Shown here one piece after another: positions 1 to 12,600 of a stretch of 64,000 nucleotides of DNA. This DNA is from Octopus vulgaris (Eukaryota). The notes under the pieces are model-generated. The model made no database searches and was not told where the DNA came from. It saw only the letters and a program-made list of their open reading frames with translations. The first letter of the stretch is position 1. Each line of letters begins with the position of its first letter. The position numbers and the translations under genes were made by a program. The DNA is taken from assembly GCA_951406725.2 (NCBI GenBank), contig OX597818.1, positions 6,634,001 through 6,698,000 on the forward strand, given 5' to 3'.

Positions 1-185
1 AGGCTAGCCGCTGGATTTGGACAAAAAGATACGATGTGCGATGGCTAGAAGAATATTGAGGGTTATTTAATAACCAGTTGATCTAGGAAGCGGGGCCTCA
101 TATCATGAGAGGTCTGGTGAACTTCCTAGCTTCCGATACGCGGAGTTCTCAACTGGTAGCACTTGCATGTGCAAGTTGTTTCTAA
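1..185 (+). mobile_element. Probable 3' end of a HERO-like RLE non-LTR retrotransposon (ORF end plus structured 3' UTR)
   Basis: Frame 3 reads ASRWIWTKRYDVRWLEEY* (stop 57-59), resembling the (E)KASRWLWxKR C-terminus of HERO-clade ORFs. A multi-stem UTR follows, then a TA/TG microsatellite. Confidence 0.35.
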
Positions 186-215
186 AACACACATATATAT
201 GTATATATATATACA

Positions 216-246
<31 letters not shown>

Positions 247-366
247 GTGTATGTGTGAGTGTGTGTGTGTATGTGTGTGTGTGTGTGTATGTGTGTATAA
301 TACATAAATTAGACACACACACACGCATATATATATATATATGAATACATAGATAAATACATAGAT

Positions 367-625
367 AAATGGAGTTAAACGAAGATGTTAATAAAATTCC
401 TTTACTTTCGACATATAAGGAATATTATTTAACATCTTCGTTCAACTCCATTTATTTATTTACTCATCTATAACACACACAAATTAATGCACATTAACCC
501 GGAGTTTCTACCTTTGGATAGGTCGCTTCAACCGTGTTTCTGACGTGAATTTGCTACCCTGGTAACGGTTCATTGAATTTTCCATGTTAACGGTGAACAT
601 AGGATAATTCCTTCACCCATCGAAA
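367..625. mobile_element. PLE-type terminal repeat, family A, with fold-back hairpin at 367-453
   Basis: aaatggagttaaacgaagatgttaa...ttaacatcttcgttcaactccattt inverted repeat. Homologous to 22895-23242 and 29250-29645. The apex contains the reverse complement of ATATGTCGAAAG (HHR stem III/cleavage/stem I remnant). Confidence 0.55.
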
Positions 626-628
626 TAC

Positions 629-686
<58 letters not shown>

Positions 687-704
687 ATATACACACATAT
701 ATAT

Positions 705-1023
705 TGTGATTGTGACCCCCTTCGGTCAGACACTGACCATGGACTTGCACCTAGAGAGTTACCATCTGAGGCACAAGTGTGAGCAAGGTTGTTTTTTATG
801 GAAGACCAGCAGTCGCCCATGCATACCGGCCTCCCCTCACCACGTCACCATTGTTATCCAAGGGAAAGGCAAGGGCCGATACAGCTTGGCACCATTGACG
901 TCGCAACTCATTTCTACAGCTGAGTGAACTAGAGCAACGTGAAGTAAAGCGTCTTACTCAAGAACACAACACTCAGCCCGGTCCGGGATTCGAGCTCACA
1001 ACCACTGAACCACGCGCCTTCAC
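705..1023 (-). mobile_element. tRNA-derived SINE, family 1
   Basis: Minus strand begins gtgaaggcgcgtggttcagtgg (A box)...gctcgaatccc (B box-like), then gtgttcttgagtaagacgctttacttcac (CORE-like). Related decayed copies at about 29960-30150 and 45560-45745. Confidence 0.75.
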
Positions 1024-1044
1024 ATACATATACATATATTTATG

Positions 1045-1111
<67 letters not shown>

Positions 1112-1213
1112 GTACATAAATATATACACATACGTATATATATATATGTACATAAATATATACACATACGTTTATATATTTATATACATATACATATATA
1201 TTTACATATATAT

Positions 1214-2700
1214 CTACTAACACAAACAGAAACCGGCTCCCTAAAAAGAAGAAAAACACTCATCAGGCGCATCAAAAGGCTCAACAAAAAAATCAACCAA
1301 TTAAAATATTCCCACACACAACATCCACATTCAACAACAATGAAAAGGCTAGAGCTGGAAAAACTTCATCTGCAGACCGACATGAAAACCTCCATTTAAA
1401 ATCAAAGAGCTGTGGAGGAACAGTGGTTAATCAAAAACATCAAACAGAACCCAAAAGTGTTCTATTCTTATGCAAATAAGCATATAACCACTGTCTCACC
1501 CATTGGGCCATTGATTGATGATAACGGCATTCCCCAACACGATGCTAAAGAAATGGCAGAAATACTGCAGAAACAATACTGCTCTGTCTTTAGTGTTCCC
1601 ACTGATATCGACGTCAGAGAAGCGAACGAAGTTGACTCCCAACAAAATTTCAGACATAACCTTCACTGTCACTGACATCGTAGCAGCAATAAATGAGGTC
1701 AAATACTACTCTGCTGTAGGCCCTGATAGATTCCCCGCTAGTCTCCTGAAGGAATGTAGACACCAACTTGCAGTCCCTCTGACCAACCTCTGGAGAAATT
1801 CGTTAGACGCAGGTTATATACCGTAACAGTTTCTATCCCAGTCAGTCATCCTGGTTTTCAAACAGGGAAACAGATCCCTCGCACTCAACTATCGCCCAAT
1901 CTCACTCACTTCCCACATCCTTAAAGTGTTTGAAAGAGTGTTAAGATCAAGGATAGCTGACTTTCTGGAGACCCACACACTCCTAAATGCAAATCAGCAT
2001 GGCTTTCGCCGTGGCAGGGACTGTCTAACACAGCTCTTACACCACATTGAAGATGTACTCAAAGCCTTGGGAACAGATTCGAACTCTGCCGTCATATATC
2101 TTGACTTCAGTAAAGCGTTCGACAGGGTAGACCATAATATCCTACTCTCAAAATTGGCAAATGCTGGAATCCGTGGAAAAGTTCTACACTGGATTAAGTA
2201 TTTCCTGGCGAATAGAATACAACATGTTGTAGTTGATGGAGTCCACTCAAGCCCAGCAAAAGTCACCAGCGGTGTCCCTCAGGGGACTGTCTTGGGTCCA
2301 TTACTCTTCATAATTTACATAAACGACCTTTCCAGTGTCGTACATTACTGCAAAGTGAAAATATTTGCTGATGACACTAAGCTCAAGCAAATCGTCAATG
2401 AAGAAGCAGACCGAACTCAACTCCAGTCTGATCTATATGCTGTGAGTCAATGGGCAGACAGAAACAAAATGCAACTGAACGAGGGAAAATTTGAGCTAAT
2501 GCATTTTGGAAGAAATTCCTCACTAGAACAGCAATACTCTCTTCCTTCAGGGGAACCGCTCACAGCCTCTAACAATATCAGAGACCTGGGTGTAATTGTT
2601 GATGACGATCTCAGTTGGAGTGCACACATCAACAAGAAGGTCGATATAGCTCGTAGGATGAGTTCCTGGATCTTAAGAACTTTCCGGTCCAGAGAACAAT
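1214..2700 (+). mobile_element. CR1/L2-group LINE, internal fragment (RT region), decayed
   Basis: ORFs 1412-2700: NPKVFYSY, SAVGPD, NQHGFR, YLDFSKAFDRVDH, SGVPQGTVLGPLLF, FADDTKL, IRDLGV. Stops and frameshifts; both ends abut (TA)n. Confidence 0.92.
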
Positions 2701-2724
2701 ATTTACATATATACATAAATACAT

Positions 2725-2815
<91 letters not shown>

Positions 2816-2822
<7 letters not shown>

Positions 2823-3108
2823 AAATGAAGAAAATGCTGACAAAATAATTTAAGTAAAGGAGAGTGTGTTTAATTAGGTGAAAGTTCTTTTTACCGGTTG
2901 CGCATTTGTTATGATTATCAAAAGATATTTTGAGTGAGATAGAGTTCCTTTCTGATTGATTATTTACAGAAAGGAACTCTATCTCACTCAAAATATCTTT
3001 TGATAAGCATAACAAATGCGCAACCGGTAAAAAGAACTTTCACCTAATTAATTACACTCTCCCTTACTTAAATTATTTTGTCAGCATTTTCTTCCTTTCC
3101 TTTTTTCA
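2816..3108. repeat. About 290-bp near-perfect palindrome between (TA)n tracts; each arm carries a degenerate HHR
   Basis: Arms about 2816-2954 and 2967-3108 are reverse complements. Right arm 2996-3035 reads tcttt-tgataa-gcat(aacaa)atgc-gcaa-ccgg-ta-aaaaga. Confidence 0.85.
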
Positions 3109-3231
3109 TATATATATATATATATATACATAAATATATATAGGCTTTCTCTGTCTTTGCCCCAAGGCATTTTTCTAATGTAGGTACGTACATATATGTA
3201 TGTATGTATGCATATATTTTATTTATTAATT

Positions 3232-3265
<34 letters not shown>

Positions 3266-3289
3266 TACACACATATATATATATAAACT

Positions 3290-3500
3290 TACAAAAGGGG
3301 CTAAGCATAGAGGAGAGAAACAAGGACAGACATAGGTATTAAGTCGATTACATCGACCCCAGTGTGTAACTGGTACTTAATTTATCGACCCCGAAAGAAT
3401 GAAAGGCAAAGTCGACCTCGGCGGAATTTGAACTGCCAACGTAACGGCAGCCGAAATACCGCTAAACATTTCGCCCGGTGTGCTAACGTTTCTGCTAGCA
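3290..3500 (-). mobile_element. tRNA-derived SINE, family 2 (Meta/MESC-like central domain)
   Basis: Minus strand: gctagcagaaacgttagc...gttcaaattccgccgaggtcgactttgcctttcattctttcggggtcgataaattaagtaccag. Other copies at 13845-14030 (-) and 34497-34712 (+). Confidence 0.75.
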
Positions 3501-3682
3501 TCTATATGTATATATACATGCATATATGACTACAGGACACCACAAATAAACGTAGAACACAACGAGAAATGAAAACATAAAATCAAACAAGAAAACGGAC
3601 TTTTTTTAACAACGAAAAACAATACAAGGAATATTCCCCTTCATCAGCTGCCCATGTTTCGACTCAATGCGTGTTTCGGAGG

Positions 3683-3686
<4 letters not shown>
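3500..3686 (-). mobile_element. Truncated copy of the PLE-type repeat carrying the permuted HHR (family of 23340-24480)
   Basis: Minus strand: ctccGAAACACG...gggcagCTGATGAagggg...ttgttaaaaaa...gttctacgtttatttgtggtgtcctgta, matching 23373-23540. Confidence 0.7.
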
Positions 3687-3737
<51 letters not shown>

Positions 3738-3899
3738 CATATGTGACAATTATTCGGTAGTCATGATACAACTCCGAGTTTCGGATGCTCGAAGTGGACA
3801 GTTCACCTTTTGCGATCTCGATCTGAACAGCAGATATAAAATAAATTAAAGCAAATCGAAGTTGCTTTTAAATTAATCAATAAACACTTTGGATAAACT

Positions 3900-6800
3900 G
3901 AGATGTGTTTTCTCTTCGAACGCAACACCGGCGCAACAACAGCAACTTCAGCAGCATCAACAACAACAACAACGACAACAGCTACAGCAACAACAACAAC
4001 AACAACTTCAGCAGCATCAACAACAACCTCAGCGGCAACAACAACAACAGTATGAGACTTCTTGATTCATCTACAATGGCTTGTTTCTTAAACGAAACGA
4101 TTGACCCCCCCCCCCCAGTTACGAGGGTCTCACAGCAGGAAGCACCACCTTTCACTGCCCCAGTAGCTCAATCATCATCACTGTAAACATCAGCTCCTCT
4201 GCTTACTACTACTACTACTACTTCTACCTCAAGGAATCTACCTCCTACTACTTTTCCAAGAACTCCACCTCCCACAGGTCACAAATGTCGCCAAAACCTC
4301 AACAAACTATCATTTATACCTTCCACAACTCACACCCGCACCAACACACCCACTCGAAACCCCATCATTTGCCGCTATTCTCTCTGCTATAGATTATGCA
4401 CTGATAGAGACTGCAGATTCACCCATTTACTAAGGACAAAACGTTCTAACCCCACAAACTACAACAGCCACCACCATAATAAATACTCTATTACAACACC
4501 ACCACAACCACCAATATCTCAAACAAGGAATCCCCAAATCTGCCGCTATTCCCAGCGAGACAGATTGTGTCTGCACAGGGATTGTCCCTTTACCCATCTC
4601 CCGGAGAATCGTCGGACAAATAATAATAAAAATAAAAGCAAAAAATACCTATGACTAATAATCACTCATATAAAAATAACCACAACCACAGACACCTACT
4701 GTTCCCTACACAGGAAACTTCTTCCTCTTTTTTAGCTATAATGAATCTAGCAAAAGAATTGGAAAAAAATCATCGGAGCTATCACCCACCACCATCCACC
4801 ACTACCACCACACTGCGCATGCCATTAAAAAGCAAAGAAATAAACAAAACACCAAAACAATTAAAACCATCCTCTCTCGCTTCAACATTTTTGCTTAACG
4901 CCCAAGGCATCAGCCCTTCCACCAATGGAAGATAAAAATGGAAGATAAAATTCCTTGAGGACTTGGTTGATGCCCCTCCAAACCACATCCCTTTCTTCGT
5001 CCTCCCTGAAACCCATCTTAGTAACCTCCACTTGGAAGCCGAGGTGAAACTTAAAAATTTCAAAGCCATTCGTACTGATCGTGCTGGCAGAAGAAGGGGT
5101 GGGACTGCCATTTATGTTCATGATTCTTTCGCGACAGAGGCTACGAACATATTTTCTAATGGATACTGCGAAGCAGTCGCTGTATTCAGTCAAACCAACT
5201 TAATAGTTGTTGGGCTCTGTGACCCCTCCAAACGCCTCTACCATACTTCAAGGAATGCCTCAACAACATAAAGTGCTTCATCCAGCAGTGTCAACCTGAC
5301 AACATCTTAATGATGGGGGGGGGGCTTCAATCTCCCCGGGGTTGACTGGTCTACAAGCAGTCTGCCGCCAGGTTCTTCTGTCTCAACCCCTGACAGGGAG
5401 GTAGTGGAATCGCTTCTTGAATTCATGGATGATTTCTTCCTGTCCCAACTGGTGCTCGAACCAACGAGATGTCACAAAAACGTCCTAGGCCTAATTTTCA
5501 GCAATCACACTGACACTATCCACAATATTGCAGTGGAGAAAACTCTGGTCTCTGATCATGACATGGTTCTCTGTGATCTAAGATTTCACTGGCCAAAATG
5601 CAAAACAAACGTCATCCCTCCTGTCCATCTATTTGACACTATGGATTTCCGCAACGCAAACTGGGAAGCGATCAGTAATGATCTTGCACACGTCGACTGG
5701 TCCTTCACGCACACATACACACCCACTAACATCAAAATGTCCTGGCAATCATTTGTAGACACCATTACAAACATATGTGCAAAACACACCCCATTAAAAT
5801 CTGCAAACAAATCTAAGTGCAGAATCCCTAGAAATAGAAAAACTCTCATCAGGAAAATTAAAAGAATTAACAAAAAAATAAACAAGCTGAAATACTGTCC
5901 ACAGCAACACACCAACCTGACTTCCATCATGTCACTAGAGATTAACAAAACATAACCTCCAAAACAACATGATGTCTACCATCAATAGTCAGAGAAGAGC
6001 TGAAGAGGCCTGGGCCATTGAGAAGATCAAACTTAATCCCAAAGTATTCTTTTCATTTGCAAAAAAACACAAAGTCACTGGCTCTACTGTTGGCCCACTG
6101 ATTGATGAAAATGGTACTCTTCAAGACAATGCCTAAACCATGGGAGAGATGCTGCAGAAACAATACTGCTCTGTTTTCATCAATCCTGATATGGCTGATC
6201 TGGGCAGTATCAGTGATGTTACTCCCCAGTACACTTTATCGGACATAACTTTGGCTCCCCTGATGTCTTAGCAGCAATAAAGGAAATCAAGCATAATTCA
6301 GCAGTAAGTCCCGATAGGTTCCCTGCTTGTGTCTTGAAGATGTCGACACCAACTTGCACCCCCTCTAGCCAATCTGTGGCGGAACTCACTGGATGCTGGA
6401 TATATACCAGAAAACCTGCTATCCCAGTCTGTTGTCGCAGTTTTCGAAAAAAGAAACAAATCCCTTGCCGTGAATTACCGTCCAATCTCACTCACCACTC
6501 ATATCATTAAGGTATTTGAGAGAGTGGTGAGATCGCGAATGACTCACTTCCTTGAGAGTCATAATATGCTGAACGCCAACCAGCATGGATTCTGTAATAG
6601 AAGGGATTGCCTGACGCAGCTACTGCATCATTTCTATGACATTTTGAGAGCCTTGGGTGAGGGTTCCAACACTGATGTTATCTACCTTGATTTCAGCAAG
6701 GGCTTTGACAGGGTTGATCCTGAGATCCTTTTGAGAAAGCTGTCCAATATTGGTGTCACTGGAAAGCTGCTGCAGCGGATCAAGTGTTTCCTGTCAAAAA

Positions 6801-7903
6801 GAACTCAAAATGTTGTAGTCAAAGGAATCAAATCCAGCCCAGGCAAAGTCAGTAGTGGTGTCCCACAAGGCACTGTGTAGGGCCCACTTGTCTTCATCAT
6901 CTACATTGATGACATTACTGATATCATCAAACACAGTAACATCAGAATATTCGCTGATGATTCCAAGCTCCAGAAGGTCATCAATGGTGTGGATGACAGG
7001 ATAGGCCTTCAGTCAGACCTACTGGCTTTTGTCCAATGGGCAGAAAAGAACATGTTGTTAAACGAAGACAAATACGAACTGATCCACTTTGGAAAGAAGG
7101 ACGCTCTGAAACTCCCATACTCCCTTCCTTCTGATGAACTTCTCATGGCGTCTAACAACTACTGAGACTTGGGAGTAACTGTGGACAGCAACATAAGCTG
7201 GGCTACACATATAAGCAGCAAAGTTGACATGGCTCGCAGAATGTGTTCCTGGATTCTCAGAACCTTCCAGTCGAGAGATTCCAATACCATTATCCTTCTC
7301 TTCTCCACTTTTGCCCGACCTCAGCTTCAATACTGCTGTAAACTGTGGTCTCCCTACACAAAACAAAATATGAAAATTGAAGCTCCCCAAAGGTCAATCA
7401 CGAAAAAGATAGATGGCATGTCAGACCTCGACTACTGGGGTCGATTAGAAAAGCTGAAACTTTATTCACTCCAACGAATGCTATATTATCTGTATGACGT
7501 GGAAAATATTCCATCAGCACTGTCCAAATGATGTTGGCATCACCTTCAAAAACATCCAAGACTTGGACTCCGTGCCATCCGTCCACAAAAAAATCTAAAT
7601 CGCATCTCATAACAACAATACGGCACAATTATTTCACTTCAATTCGACCCGCTCTCTTCAACACCAGGACACGTCAAAACAGAAACTGACCACACAAAAT
7701 TCAAGAAGTCTTTGGACAAATTCCTTCAAACAGTCCCGGACAAATCACCCACACCCGGATATGTCTCCGCAAACAATAACTCTCTGTTCAAATGGACCTT
7801 GGTGCCCAAATCCCGAATTGAAATACATCACTAGGTGGTGCTATTAAGTTAGAGATGGCCGGGGCCAACACTAGCCAAAACCTTTCTAAAATATTTTAAG
7901 TTA
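3900..7903 (+). mobile_element. Near full-length decayed CR1/L2-group LINE (N-terminal CCCH fingers, APE, RT, 3' tail)
   Basis: CRYSLCYRLCTDRDCRFTH (4370-4426) and CRYSQRDRLCLHRDCPFTH (4541-4597). APE motifs LLNAQGI, ETHL, GGGTAIYV, SDHDMV. RT motifs NYRPISLT, LDFSKGFD, SGVPQG, FADDSKL. 3' end aggtggtgctattaagtt. Confidence 0.92.
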
Positions 7904-8013
7904 TGTATATATACATATACATCTATACATATACATGTATACGTATAGATGTATATGTATATATGTATATATACATATATATGTACAGAAGTATATATAC
8001 ATACATATGTGTG

Positions 8014-8067
<54 letters not shown>

Positions 8068-8257
8068 AATTAGTAAATAAATGGCACAACTAAGTACCGA
8101 TATTTACTGGAAATAGCGAACGTAAAAATACGACGGTAATGTGTAGCTTCACCGCGTATGTATTAGCAAAAATGCGTGTGTGCAACAAACTAGAGCAAAA
8201 AAAACGTCTTACCTCCAGGCTACTTTTTACTGGAAGGCGATACTTTGTATTGCATTA

Positions 8258-8311
<54 letters not shown>

Positions 8312-8340
8312 GTATATATATGTCTATATATATATATATA

Positions 8341-8390
<50 letters not shown>

Positions 8391-9600
8391 CAGGTGTTGG
8401 CCAAAATAATGGAACCGCTTATCATCATAGCTTCATAATGTGGAAATATATATAAACCCGTCAAACGCTTGTTTATTTTTATGTTTTTTTTATTTATTAT
8501 TCGTGTTGCTGAACATATTTCGCTAAAATTGCTGTTACTTATCTGATATCATAAGAAAAAGGTAATTAAAATTCATTAAAATAACCGATATACCAGTTTT
8601 CAAAGAGGTCAAATTGTTGGTGCACGTATGGCAGCTGCTAGGGTAACGAAAACAGCGGAAATTTTTATTTATCAAGAAGTACTGTCTCGAAAGTAATGGC
8701 AACCTTCGAAAACGAGTGAAAAACCTCCTCCTAGAAACAAAACTACGAAAGGAAACCAAAACTTTCAGATATGGAACGTCGGATTCTTATGCGTATTGTT
8801 AGAAAGGATCACAAAAGTTCAGCTCCAAAAATTACTGCAGAGCTTAGTGACCACCTTGAGAACCCATTTTCCACAGAAACCGTTCGCCGGGAGGTACACA
8901 AAGCCTGATTTCTTAGGAGGGCTGCAATCAGAAAACCACTACTTTCGAAAGCAAATATTGCTAAGCGTTTAGAATGGAGTAAAAACCTTCAGAATTGGTC
9001 CCTAGAGCAGTGGAAGAATGTTATTTTCTCGGACGAGTCATCCTTTATATTATTTCCGACCATCGGCCGAGTATATGTGTGGAGAAAGCCAAAACAAGCG
9101 TTTGCCCCAGACTGCCTTCCAACTGTTAAACATGGAGGAGGATCTGTGATGATCTGCGGGTGGTAGCTATACTTGGAAATCCACCGCCCCAATGGTTTCC
9201 CATCATGGCAGAATTAATACACGAGACTATATTTGCGTAACTGTTTCCGGAGGGAAACGCAATATTTCAGGATAATGCACCAATTTCAGTATAATGCACC
9301 AATTCACACAGCTAAAATTGTTACTGAATGGCACGAGGAACATTCTAGTGAAATTGAACATCTTATCTGGCCACCACAGTCTCTAGCTCTCAATATTATT
9401 GAACATTTATGTAAGGAGTCGATATCTTCTAGCATCACCATTAAAAACACGGAGAATATTTTATCTGATGAATGGACAAAAATTCCTTTGGGAACAACTC
9501 ATAAGTTGTACGAGTCCATACCCCGTAGAATTCAAGGTATAGTTGCTGCCAAAGGCCGTCTTACCCCATGTAAAAGTAAGATTGTTTGAAATTTTAAGAT
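8391..9600 (+). mobile_element. Tc1-like DD34E DNA transposon, decayed, right end lost
   Basis: TA|CAGGTG start after (TA)n. Translations WKNVIFSDES, TVKHGGGSVMI, WPPQSLALNIIEHL, LYESIPRRIQGIVAAKG. Confidence 0.88.
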
Positions 9601-9800
9601 CTTTATATATATTATTTATACTTTTATTCTCTTATTTTCATCTATATTCCTTATCTTTTCTACAACAATTAGAACTCCAATATTTTCTCACACCGTCTCT
9701 GATGAAGGGATATCCATGATATCCCAGAAACAACTGTAAGACGTAAATGTTCTTTATAAATGTCCTGTAAACTCCGCTCAGCCTTGATTTCTCTCATTCG

Positions 9801-9808
<8 letters not shown>
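9600..9808 (+). mobile_element. PLE-type terminal repeat, family B (second copy at 12255-12460 with core deleted)
   Basis: About 200 bp shared with 12255-12460. Contains an HHR and ends in (TA)n. Confidence 0.7.
9694..9743 (+). ncRNA. Type I hammerhead ribozyme (minimal PLE type)
   Basis: cgtct-CTGATGA-a-gggatatc(cat)gatatccc-a-GAAA-caactg-TA-agacg: stem I cgtct/agacg, 8-bp stem II, GUA site. Confidence 0.85.
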
Positions 9809-9876
<68 letters not shown>

Positions 9877-9948
9877 ACCTCGTGAAGACGACCTGCAATT
9901 TTTTTTCCTCTGTCCTCCCGTCTCGGGATCTTTCTTTCTTTCTCTTAT

Positions 9949-9983
9949 GTTTCCGACGAGGAGCTCCGCTCGAAACGTCATAC
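9949..9983 (+). ncRNA. Minimal type I HHR, family C (CCGACGA core variant), within repeat at about 9875-10080
   Basis: gttt-CCGACGA-g-gagc(tcc)gctc-GAAAC-GTC-atac. Homologous to the 11180 and 38888 motifs. Confidence 0.6.
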
Positions 9984-10074
9984 CCTCCTTCTTCCATTTT
10001 CCTGAGCGCCTAATAATAATAATACTGTAATTGTTCCACGTGTTGTTGTTTTTTCTGTTTTCCCGTTTGGATTA

Positions 10075-10120
<46 letters not shown>

Positions 10121-10230
10121 TATGTATGTATGTATATATATATGTATGTATGTATGTATATATGTATGTATGTATGTATATATATATATATATGTGTGTG
10201 TGTGTATATATATATTTATATGTATATATA

Positions 10231-10503
10231 TTAGAAGAAATGAGGTACTCAGAAAATCGGATGGTTTATATTTACAGATATTTATTTGTATATTACATGT
10301 TTTTATACATCATATAACTTAGATCATTCTCCCATTCTAGTGGGGTTTTCAAATCGAACAGTTCGATTTCAAAACCCCACTAGAAAGGGAGAAAGCGCTA
10401 ATATATGATCTAAGTTATATGATGTATAAAAACATGTAATATACAAATAAATATCTGTAAATATAAACCATCCGATTTTCTGAGTACCTCATTTCTTCTA
10501 ATA
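10231..10503. repeat. About 270-bp near-perfect palindrome within TA-rich microsatellite
   Basis: ttagaagaaatgaggtactcagaaaatcggatgg... is mirrored by ...ccatccgattttctgagtacctcatttcttctaa; apex tcgaacagttcga. Confidence 0.85.
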
Positions 10504-10673
10504 TAAAATATCTGTACATCATCTCCAAACCTTATAATATATATACATATATATGTTTATACATATTATAATTTAAACATATATATATTTTGCATATATA
10601 TGTATATAATCATGTATATATATATATTGTGTGTGTATGTATATATGCATATATATATGTGTGTGTATATATG

Positions 10674-10706
<33 letters not shown>

Positions 10707-10736
10707 GTATAAATATATACATATATATATATATAT

Positions 10737-10800
10737 GTTGCACTGAAGAACATAAAATGCATATACTGCATTGATTGCGAAATCACAGGTGATATGTAAC
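10737..10800 (+). ncRNA. Type I HHR, family D
   Basis: gttgca-CTGAAGA-...aatgca(tatac)tgcatt...tgc-GAAA-tcac(ag)gtga-TA-tgtaac. Stem I differs in sequence from the 25133 copy but still pairs. Confidence 0.78.
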
Positions 10801-11179
10801 TAAATTCTCTTTTTAAATGACTCGCTTCGAGGATTGCATTCGGTACAATTTGTTTATTTTGGTAGTTTTGACTTTAAAAGTCCCGCCTAGCGTGCGGCAT
10901 CTATGTGTAATTGCCCTCTATATAATATATATATATATATATGTATGTATGTATATGTATGTATATGCATACCTCCCCGCATACACTAGCACTGGCCAGT
11001 TCCCATTAGACACACCATCATCCACGCTCGCGCAACTTCGTTTTGGGATCACCATTACTTTATTATCTCCCCCTTTTACTAGCTCTCCTGTCTCACTACC
11101 TCAGTCAAGCCAGCCGCTTGTTGATCGCTAAGCCCCTAAGGATTTTAAAAATTCTCTCTGTTTATTTCCTTGCGTTTCT

Positions 11180-11213
11180 TTTCTGTTGAAGAGCGTAAGC
11201 TTGAAACGTAAAA
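11180..11213 (+). ncRNA. Minimal type I HHR, family C, degenerate (within repeat at about 10965-11305)
   Basis: ttt-CTGTTGA-a-gagc(gtaa)gctt-GAAAC-GTA-aaa; followed by gagcgttaaactaatac as in other family C copies. Confidence 0.55.
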
Positions 11214-11312
11214 TACTTTCTTACCTTCCCGAGCGTTAAACTAATACATCTGTTTGTTATTTATACACCTGTCTTCGTCTTTTGTTTTTCTGTAAATTCC
11301 AACTATGTATAC

Positions 11313-11355
<43 letters not shown>

Positions 11356-11379
11356 TGTGAATGTATGTATACGTGTGTG

Positions 11380-11580
11380 TGTATGTCTGTGTTTGTACCC
11401 CCACCATCGCCTGAGAACCGATGTTGCTGTGTTTACGTCTCCGTAACTTAACCGTTGGGTAAAACACGCTGATAGAATAAGTACTACGCTTACAAAGAAA
11501 TCACGCAGTCGATTTCTTAGAATAAAACCTGTGCTCCTGGATGGGTATATTCACGTGACCGAAACAAGTGAAACAAGACA
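11380..11580 (+). mobile_element. SINE family 3, 3' half
   Basis: ccaccatcgc...gtgtttacgtctccgtaacttaaccgtt...gatagaataagtact; matches 55860-56040. Confidence 0.65.
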
Positions 11581-11625
11581 AACTATGCCATTTTATCCCC
11601 GAGTAACGACGTGTCTCTCTGCTAG
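11578..11625 (+). mobile_element. Helitron 3' terminus fragment
   Basis: acaaactatgccatttt...cccgagtaacgacgtg...ctgCTAG|T; same as the end at 22010-22062. Confidence 0.5.
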
Positions 11626-11997
11626 TATACACACACACACGCACACACATATATTTACACATACGGACATTAACGAAGGAAAAAGCTATATATATAGAGA
11701 GAAAGAGAGTGACAGAGAGAGAGAGAGGGGGGGGAGAGAGAGAGAGAGACGGACAGTGACTGAGATGAGATTCAGATATTCTTCGTATAGAATGATACTT
11801 AGTAGTGCTCAGAGATAGAAATTTGAGCGGGTACAGAAGCAAATATGGGGATAAGCAAATTAGACAGATCATCATATAAAGTATATTATATACATGAAAT
11901 GCAAACTATGTATACATGTATACATATAAACTGGCCCAACTTACACTGACCAGAAATCATACAGAAAACTAAAGGAGGGGGAGAGAAAATTATTAGA

Positions 11998-12094
11998 AAT
12001 CCGACAGCTGTTTCTGGGGACCCAGCGATCCATAATAATGTTTATAGATTAATTTCCTCAGAGAAGATGAGACGAGCCTTCGTCATCAGGGAAA
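11998..12094 (-). ncRNA. Type I HHR with long stem II insert, family E (within repeat at about 11845-12120)
   Basis: Minus strand: tcc-CTGATGA-(about 68 nt)-GAAA-cagctg-TC-gga; palindromic stem III. Homologous to 45929-46021. Confidence 0.65.
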
Positions 12095-12466
12095 ATATCT
12101 TACCTTAGAGATATTAAAACAGAGAAGTGTTTATAAGTATATAAATGTTTTACAATGACTAAGTATGAACTGTTATTGGATCTTACACACCATGTACAGG
12201 AAACTTGTTTTACCTTTTCTACCACTTTTTACACCATTTTCCTGGAATGGTGTATATATCTTTATATATCTTATTTATACTTTCATTCTCTTATTTTCCT
12301 CTATATTCCTTATCTTTTCTTCAACAATTAGAACTCAAATATTTTCTCACATCGTCTCCATGATATCCATGATATCCCCACAAACAACTGTAAGATGTAA
12401 ATGTTCTTTATAAATGTCCTGTAAACTCTCAATCTTGAATTTATCTCATTCGTTCTAATATATATA

Positions 12467-12502
<36 letters not shown>

Positions 12503-12558
12503 TGTATGCATGCATGCATGTATGTATGTATATTTATATATATATGTGTGTGTGTGTG

Positions 12559-12600
<42 letters not shown>

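Noticed and set aside
705-1023. tRNA gene
   Set aside because: A/B boxes belong to SINE heads; no complete cloverleaf, and SINE body sequence follows.
3750-3830. Minus-strand ccGAAACtcggagtt motif
   Set aside because: No CUGANGA strand is recognisable upstream.
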